Positions 36,035 to 43,133 of a DNA stretch of 43,133 nt are shown piece after piece (positions within the stretch are counted from its first letter, which is position 1; each line of letters opens with the position of its first letter). Where the stretch lies: NCBI GenBank assembly GCA_016200675.1, contig JACQEH010000006.1, forward strand, positions 1 through 43,133, given 5' to 3'. The notes under the pieces are model-generated. The model did no database searches. It worked only from the letters and a program-made list of their open reading frames with translations, and had not been told where the DNA came from. Source of the DNA: Chloroflexota bacterium (lineage in GTDB: Bacteria; Chloroflexota; Limnocylindria; Limnocylindrales; CSP1-4). Made by a program: the position numbers and the translations under genes.

Positions 36035-36835
36035 ATGGATGAGGAGCGGCGCGCGCCGGTCGCGGGTTCGGGCGCCGACGACCCGATCGCCACGGCCTGG
36101 CTCGGCCGGATCGCCTACCGGGAGGCGTGGGCCCTCCAGAAGCGCCTCGTGGACGCCCGCGTGGCCGAGGCGATCCCGGACACGCTCCTGACCCTCGAGC
36201 ACGATGCCGTCCTGACCCTCGGCCGCCATGCCGATGAGGCGCATGTGCTGGCCTCCCCCCGCGAGCTTCGACGGCGAGGCCTGGAGGTCATCCACGTCGA
36301 GCGTGGCGGCGAGGTGACCTACCACGGCCCGGGCCAGCTCGTCGCCTACCCGATCCTCCGCCTCGGCCACCGCGGAATCCTGATCCGGCCGCTCGTCCGC
36401 GCCCTGGAGGAGGCGACGATCGCCACCTGCGCCGCGCTCGGCGTCCCGGCCGGCCGCCGCGAGGGGCACCCCGGGTGCTGGGTGCTGGACGACGGCCGGC
36501 CACCCCGCAAGATCGGGGCACTCGGCATCCGCGTCGAGCGCGGCGTCAGCTATCACGGCATCGCCCTGAACGTCGATCCCGATCTGCGCGACTTCGAGCT
36601 CATCGACGCCTGCGGGATGCCGGGCGTCGTGTCCACCTCGATCGCCGAGGAGCTCGGACGAACGGCGGAGCCGCCCTCGACCGACGCGGTGGAGCGTGCT
36701 GCCGGGATCTTTGCCGTCGCGTTCGCCGCGCAGCTCGGCGCCCGGCTCCAGCGGGTCGAAGCCGGAGCCCTCGAGGACCGCCACGCCACCGACGGTTCGA
36801 GCCCGCGGTCCCTGGCCGGCGCCGGAGCGACCTGA
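36035..36835 (+). CDS. lipB: Lipoyl(octanoyl) transferase LipB
   Basis: LEH..V.TLGR, ERGGEVTYHGPGQLVAYPI, RKIGALG, YHGIALNV, ACG. Confidence 0.95.
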   Translation: MDEERRAPVAGSGADDPIATAWLGRIAYREAWALQKRLVDARVAEAIPDTLLTLEHDAVLTLGRHADEAHVLASPRELRRRGLEVIHVERGGEVTYHGPGQLVAYPILRLGHRGILIRPLVRALEEATIATCAALGVPAGRREGHPGCWVLDDGRPPRKIGALGIRVERGVSYHGIALNVDPDLRDFELIDACGMPGVVSTSIAEELGRTAEPPSTDAVERAAGIFAVAFAAQLGARLQRVEAGALEDRHATDGSSPRSLAGAGAT

Positions 36836-36836
36836 C

Positions 36837-37835
36837 ATGCCGGCCGGCCTCTTCGAGCTCCGCAAGGACGCCATCACCGGCTGGTGGGTCGCCACGGTGG
36901 TCGATCGGGCCTTCCACCGCGACCGCTTCGCAACGGCGGCTGCACAGATCGCTGACGGCGGCGATTGCCAGAACTGCCGGCTGCCCGAGGGTGACGGCGT
37001 GCGCCTCCGGGTCCTCAAGGACTACGCCTTCCACGTCGTCGGGACCGAGGAGGAGGCCCGCGAACTGGACCAGCGCTTCGCCCAGGTCGCCCTCGACGGA
37101 GCCCGCGCCGCGGGCAGCTGGCGGACGATCGTCGCCCCGCCGCTCGAGCATCGGCCGCTCCATCTCGTCGGCTCCGCCATCGTCGAGCGCCTCGTCACCG
37201 GTGCCCGGGATGCGATCCAGGCAGCCCGGGAGGCGAACCAGACCGACTACCTCCAGGTCGTCCAGCACTGGGGGGACCAGTCGGGCGCCCGGACCAACCA
37301 CCTGTGCCTCGAGTTCTACGACCTGCCGCAGATCCCGCACCGGATTGCCGAAGAGCTCGGCGGCGCGGCCCGCTTCGTGATCCGCGAGGGCGAGTGTCCC
37401 TACTGCCGGCTGGTCCGCGAGACGACGCGGACCCGCAACCGGCTCGTCTGGGAGGACACCGACAGCGTCGCCTTCGCTCCCTGGGCGTCGCGTTCGCCGT
37501 TCGAGCTGTGGATCGTCCCTCGGCGCCACGAGGCCGACTTCGGGCGGGCCGGCGAGGCCGACATCCGGGCCACCGCGACAGCCCTCCGGAACGTCCTCGC
37601 GACCCTGGCCCGGACGCTCGACGGCCCGCCCTACAACCTGATCCTCCACACGGCGCCCCTCCGCGAGCGCGTCGACGCCACGTACCACTGGCACTGGGAG
37701 ATCCACCCGCGCCTCCGGGAGATCGCCGGCCTGGAGCTGGGAACGGGGCTGCCGGTCAACCCGGTCTCCCCCGAGGACGCCGTGGAGGAGCTCCTGGCCC
37801 GTACCGCCGCGGGGAGCGGGGAGCGCTCAAGTTGA
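36837..37835 (+). CDS. GalT (galactose-1-phosphate uridylyltransferase)-like protein with a non-canonical active site
   Basis: ELRKDAITGWWV, CQNC, CPYC, APWASRSPFELWIVP..H, PPYNLILH, YHWHWEI.PR, AGLELGTG..VNPVSPE. The HPH motif reads HLC. Confidence 0.85.
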   Translation: MPAGLFELRKDAITGWWVATVVDRAFHRDRFATAAAQIADGGDCQNCRLPEGDGVRLRVLKDYAFHVVGTEEEARELDQRFAQVALDGARAAGSWRTIVAPPLEHRPLHLVGSAIVERLVTGARDAIQAAREANQTDYLQVVQHWGDQSGARTNHLCLEFYDLPQIPHRIAEELGGAARFVIREGECPYCRLVRETTRTRNRLVWEDTDSVAFAPWASRSPFELWIVPRRHEADFGRAGEADIRATATALRNVLATLARTLDGPPYNLILHTAPLRERVDATYHWHWEIHPRLREIAGLELGTGLPVNPVSPEDAVEELLARTAAGSGERSS

Positions 37836-37843
37836 CGGGGCGG

Positions 37844-37870
37844 CGTCACACGGCCTTCCGGCGCCTCGTC
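37844..37870 (+). promoter_or_regulatory. Putative ECF-type promoter (C)GTCACA-N16-CGTC
   Basis: Resembles the published ECF41-type consensus TGTCACA-N16-CGTC and lies upstream of the sigma at 37933. Confidence 0.5.
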
Positions 37871-37932
37871 CCTGGGCTTGGCGACGCGCGGCGCCCATTC
37901 CCCGCGCCTGCGACCACCGCGGAAGGACCTGC

Positions 37933-38589
37933 ATGTTCGGCAGCGGCGAGCCGGGGGGCTTCGCGACGACGACCGGGACGCTCGAGCGCCAGGGTCGGGC
38001 GGTCGCCGTGACCGGCAGCTGGGACCGCGATGCGGCCGGGACCTTCGTCGAGGCGCTCTTCGCGAAGCACCATCATGAGATCTACGCCTACCTCATCCGC
38101 ATGGTCCGCGATCCAGAGCTCGCCGCGGACCTCGCCCAGGATGCGTTCGTGAAGGCCTACAAGGCATACGACACCCTCGAGAAGGGCGAGAACGCCCGGG
38201 CCTGGCTCTACCAGATCGCCCACCGCGTCGCCCTCGACGACATCCGGCGCAAGAAGATCGTCCGCTTCGTGCCGCTCGTGGGCGACGGCCGGGGTTCATC
38301 GCCATCCGCCGAGCGGCTGGCCATGGAGGCCCGCCTTTCCGGCCCGCTCGAGCGGGCCATGGCCCGCATTCCCGAGCGACAGCGAGCCGCGCTCCTCATG
38401 GCCGAGCTCCACGACCTCACGGGCCTCGAGCTGGCGGCCGCGCTCGGGATCAGCCACGTCGCGGCTCGGGCGCTCCTCACCCGCGCCCGAGAGTCCCTTC
38501 GCCAGGCGCTCGCGGCCGAACGGGCAGCGGAGGCAGCGACCGAAGCCGAGCGCGATGCCGGCTATGCCCAGGGCCGGGGCGGCAGCTGA
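37933..38589 (+). CDS. ECF RNA polymerase sigma factor
   Basis: AADLAQDAFVKAY, RAWLYQIAHRVALD, QRAALLM...ELAAALG...LLTRARESLR. Confidence 0.92.
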   Translation: MFGSGEPGGFATTTGTLERQGRAVAVTGSWDRDAAGTFVEALFAKHHHEIYAYLIRMVRDPELAADLAQDAFVKAYKAYDTLEKGENARAWLYQIAHRVALDDIRRKKIVRFVPLVGDGRGSSPSAERLAMEARLSGPLERAMARIPERQRAALLMAELHDLTGLELAAALGISHVAARALLTRARESLRQALAAERAAEAATEAERDAGYAQGRGGS

Positions 38590-40457
38590 TGACTCTCCCC
38601 TTCCGCCGCCGCCATAACGACGCCGAGGCGTCCCACGATCGGGCGCGCTCCCTCATCGCCTCCGGACTCCTCGACCCGCTCGAGGCGGCGGATTCGGCGT
38701 GGCTTGCGGCCCACCTCGGCGGCTGCCCGGAGTGCACCGCCGACGCCGAGGCCTACGAGGCGGATCGTCAGCTCCTCCGCTCCCTGCGCGATCGACCGAT
38801 CGAGCCGCCGCGCGACCTGTGGGCCCGAACGGCCGCCGAGATCGAGCGCAGCCGAGGCCGCGGCGTCCGCTCCACGACGGCGCTGCCGCACCGGTTCGGC
38901 CGGCTGCCGCTCGGCGTCGCGTCGGGGCTCCTCGTGGTGCTCGTCGTGATCGGCGCCGCGTTGGCGCCGCGGATGGGTCTCCCGCTCGTGGGGCCCGGCC
39001 TGAGCGGCTCGGCCAACCGGTCCGCCGGGACGGAGGCCACGCCCATCGCCGTCACCGCCGACGCGCTCGCCTGGATCCAGGTGTCTCCCGATGGGTCCTA
39101 CGAGTTCCTCCAGGCCAACGTGGACGAGGTCTGCGCGGACGCCCGTGAGGGGTGCGCGCCCCTCAACACCCGGAACTCGACGCGCCTCAGGCTCACCCAG
39201 GCGCCGCAGTCAGTCCTCCTCTCGCCGAACCAGGCGCAGATCGCGGTCGTCACGAAGTCGACGGCCTCGAGCGGTTCGGCCATCGTGGTCGTCCCGGTCC
39301 CGACCGTCGCGCCCCAGGGGCCGAGTCCCGCCCCCACCGCATCCGCGGAGGCCACGCCGCCCGTCGGTACGCCCGGCGCGAGCGCGAGCCCGCCCGAGGC
39401 GACCCCCACGCCCGTCCCGACGCCGGGCCCTTCGCCCACCACCGCTCCGGGCGTGTCGCCGTTGCCGAGCGCGAGTGGCGAGCCCCCGGCGGGTCATGCG
39501 ATCGTCAGCGGCGTGATCGTCGTCGGCGACGCCGCGTATTCGGCCGATGGCGCCTGGCTCGCCTTCTCGGCGCGCCCGGCCGACGGGTCGAGCGGCCCGG
39601 ATCTCTATACCTGGCGTGTGGGCGACGAGCTCGCAACGCCCGTCACGACCGACCATCGGACGTTCTTCTCGGGCTGGCTGGGGTCAACGATCGTGGCCAA
39701 CCGCGTGGAACCGGGTGACGAGCGCCCCGGGGCCTCGGCCGGGCCCGACCCCTCGATCCGTCCCACGGCGGCGACGGCAGTCCCGAGTGCCGGGCCGGCC
39801 TCCAGCCCTTCGGCCTCGCCGGCCGCCGTTCAGGATCATCCCGTCGCCTTCCTCCTGGACCCTGTCACCAACGCGATCACCCCGCTCGGCGCCACCGACA
39901 TCTGGCATCCCACGTTCGATCCCACGGGTGCATCCGTCGTCTACTGGGCGGGGACGCTCGTGCGCGATGCGAGCGGCACGGGCTGGACGCTGGGCACCGG
40001 CCAGCTCGTGATCGACGGCTGGAACGATGGCACGCCGTCGGCGTCGACCGGCGCCGCGACGTCGCCGGCCGCGTCGCCCGGACCGACCATCGTGCCGGTC
40101 GGCCCGGCTGGCCACCCGGCGGCCCTGACCTCGGATCCCGTGACCGACTTCGACGCCTGGTTCGACCCGACCGGGACGCGACTCGCGATCTGGATCGCCG
40201 ATCCGGCCGATGCCACGATCGGGACACTTCGCCTCGAAGTCATCGACCCACACACCGGGCTCGTCGACGCGACCGCCGCTCCGCTGCCCGGCGTGTCCGC
40301 CCTGCGCGGCGTCTCGATCAGCAGCGGGCGCCTCGCCTGGGTGACTCCGCCCGGCCAGGACGGCCAGGGCTCGCACGTCCAGGTCCTGGCCTGGAACGGC
40401 CGGGACTTCGGCCAGGTCCGGACGATCCAGGGTGACCGATTCCTCGTCGCCCGCTGA
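38589..40457 (+). CDS. Zinc-binding (ZAS) anti-sigma factor with a TM helix and large extracytoplasmic TolB-like domain
   Basis: SHDRAR...AHLGGCPEC (H..HxxxCxxC), TM (GLLVVLVVIGAAL), YSADGAWLAFS, FDPTG repeats. TGATG coupling with the sigma gene. Confidence 0.85.
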   Translation: MTLPFRRRHNDAEASHDRARSLIASGLLDPLEAADSAWLAAHLGGCPECTADAEAYEADRQLLRSLRDRPIEPPRDLWARTAAEIERSRGRGVRSTTALPHRFGRLPLGVASGLLVVLVVIGAALAPRMGLPLVGPGLSGSANRSAGTEATPIAVTADALAWIQVSPDGSYEFLQANVDEVCADAREGCAPLNTRNSTRLRLTQAPQSVLLSPNQAQIAVVTKSTASSGSAIVVVPVPTVAPQGPSPAPTASAEATPPVGTPGASASPPEATPTPVPTPGPSPTTAPGVSPLPSASGEPPAGHAIVSGVIVVGDAAYSADGAWLAFSARPADGSSGPDLYTWRVGDELATPVTTDHRTFFSGWLGSTIVANRVEPGDERPGASAGPDPSIRPTAATAVPSAGPASSPSASPAAVQDHPVAFLLDPVTNAITPLGATDIWHPTFDPTGASVVYWAGTLVRDASGTGWTLGTGQLVIDGWNDGTPSASTGAATSPAASPGPTIVPVGPAGHPAALTSDPVTDFDAWFDPTGTRLAIWIADPADATIGTLRLEVIDPHTGLVDATAAPLPGVSALRGVSISSGRLAWVTPPGQDGQGSHVQVLAWNGRDFGQVRTIQGDRFLVAR

Positions 40458-40534
40458 TCGCGGCCGACCGCGATCGAGCGGTCGTGGATGGTCGTGGCGG
40501 GACAGGGTGGGTCCACATGTCGTAGAGTCGGGTC

Positions 40535-41086
40535 GTGCGACCCAGCAGGACGGTCGCGATCGCGGCGCTCACCGCCGCCCTCGCGCTCGGTTCGCTGCCG
40601 GGCCTGGCGGGCTCCCGTGAACCGAGCCTCGATCAGCAGCCCACGGCAGATGCGTTCCGGGAAGTGATCCTCGCGGCAACCGGCGGCCGATCGACGACCT
40701 CGATCGTTGCCCCCGATTCGGCGTATGCCTCGGCGGGTCGCCTCGCTCCCTCCTCCGTCTACGCCGAGCCCGGCGTGGCCGCGGCCCCCGCCGACCGGCT
40801 GGCCGCCGCCATCCCGGCCGTGCCGGTTGCCTGGAGCTGGAAGCCACCCCGCTACAAGATCAGCGGTACCGCGACGTTCTATGACAACGGGACGACCGCG
40901 ATGCGCCTGCCACGCGGCACGATCATCGTCATCTGCGCCGCGGGCGGCTGCATCGACCGGGTCGTGAACGACTACGGCCCCCAGATGCCCTCCCGCGTGG
41001 TGGACATGTACCGGCCCGACTTCTTCGCCATCTGCCGCTGCGGCTGGTGGACCGGAACCATGTTGGTGACCGTTTCCGTGTACTGA
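40535..41086 (+). CDS. Secreted protein with an RlpA-like double-psi beta-barrel domain
   Basis: Signal peptide; SGTATFY, A..LPRGT, VVNDYGP..RVVDM...F. Confidence 0.75.
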   Translation: MRPSRTVAIAALTAALALGSLPGLAGSREPSLDQQPTADAFREVILAATGGRSTTSIVAPDSAYASAGRLAPSSVYAEPGVAAAPADRLAAAIPAVPVAWSWKPPRYKISGTATFYDNGTTAMRLPRGTIIVICAAGGCIDRVVNDYGPQMPSRVVDMYRPDFFAICRCGWWTGTMLVTVSVY

Positions 41087-41106
41087 TCGGGTAGACTCGA
41101 CGCCGA

Positions 41107-42686
<1,580 letters not shown>

Positions 42687-42690
<4 letters not shown>

Positions 42691-43133
42691 CCGCGCCGGT
42701 CGGGTCGCGTGGCTCGGGCGGACCGGTCGGGTTGCGCCAGGCGACGGGACCGGTCGGCGCGCGCCTCGCCGACCTCGAGATCAGCCGGGCCTGGCTCGTC
42801 GACCCGGCGACGGGTCGCGAAGGCCCGGGCGAGATCGTCGTGACCGACGGGATCCTCGAGGCCGTCACGTGGCTCGAGGGCGCCGAGGCTCACGGCATCG
42901 ACGCCTCGGGCGTCATCGTCGCGCCGGGGTTCGTCGACCTCCACGCGCACTTCCGCGAACCGGGCACCGAGGACGCCGAAACCGTCGCGACAGGGCTGGC
43001 GGCGGCAGCCCACGGCGGCTTCACGACGGTCTGCGTGATGCCCAACACGTCGCCCGCCATCGACGAGCCGTCGGTCCTGGTGCGGATCCGGTCCGCGGCC
43101 TCGGCGTCCGGATCCCCGGTGGCCCTCGTGGCG
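42687..43133 (+). CDS. pyrC: Dihydroorotase (partial, runs off the window)
   Basis: Hand translation from GTG 42687: [19 protein letters not shown]...[18 protein letters not shown]. Confidence 0.93.

Overview
This is a GC-rich (about 70% by eye) bacterial chromosomal segment. The gene style suggests Chloroflexota or a similar monoderm lineage (inference). From left to right it contains: an ECF sigma/anti-sigma pair, a 2895-aa cyclic beta-1,2-glucan synthase, a cupin-nucleotide cyclase fusion, a second ECF/TolB-like anti-sigma pair and tRNA-Gly(CCC). Next is a 10-kb divergent sugar-catabolic locus of unknown substrate. Its leftward arm encodes a class I aldolase, an FGGY kinase, an AraA/FucI-like isomerase broken by an apparent deletion, an archaeal-type TIM variant and YjbQ. 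Its rightward arm encodes an ABC importer, a DeoR regulator and a mutarotase-like protein. Further right are envelope genes (polysaccharide deacetylase, SIMPL, and a SpoIID/LytB enzyme with three Cys-paired repeats), trpB2, an ABC-2 exporter, a tandem double nucleotidyltransferase, DUF1801, a GNAT and lipB. These are followed by a GalT homolog with Cys in place of the catalytic His, a third ECF/ZAS anti-sigma pair, an RlpA-like protein and pyrR-pyrB-pyrC, with a PyrR-type leader and an N-terminally deleted pyrR. No transposase, integrase, phage gene or CRISPR array was seen. The best candidate for an undescribed system is the YjbQ/TIM-variant sugar pathway.
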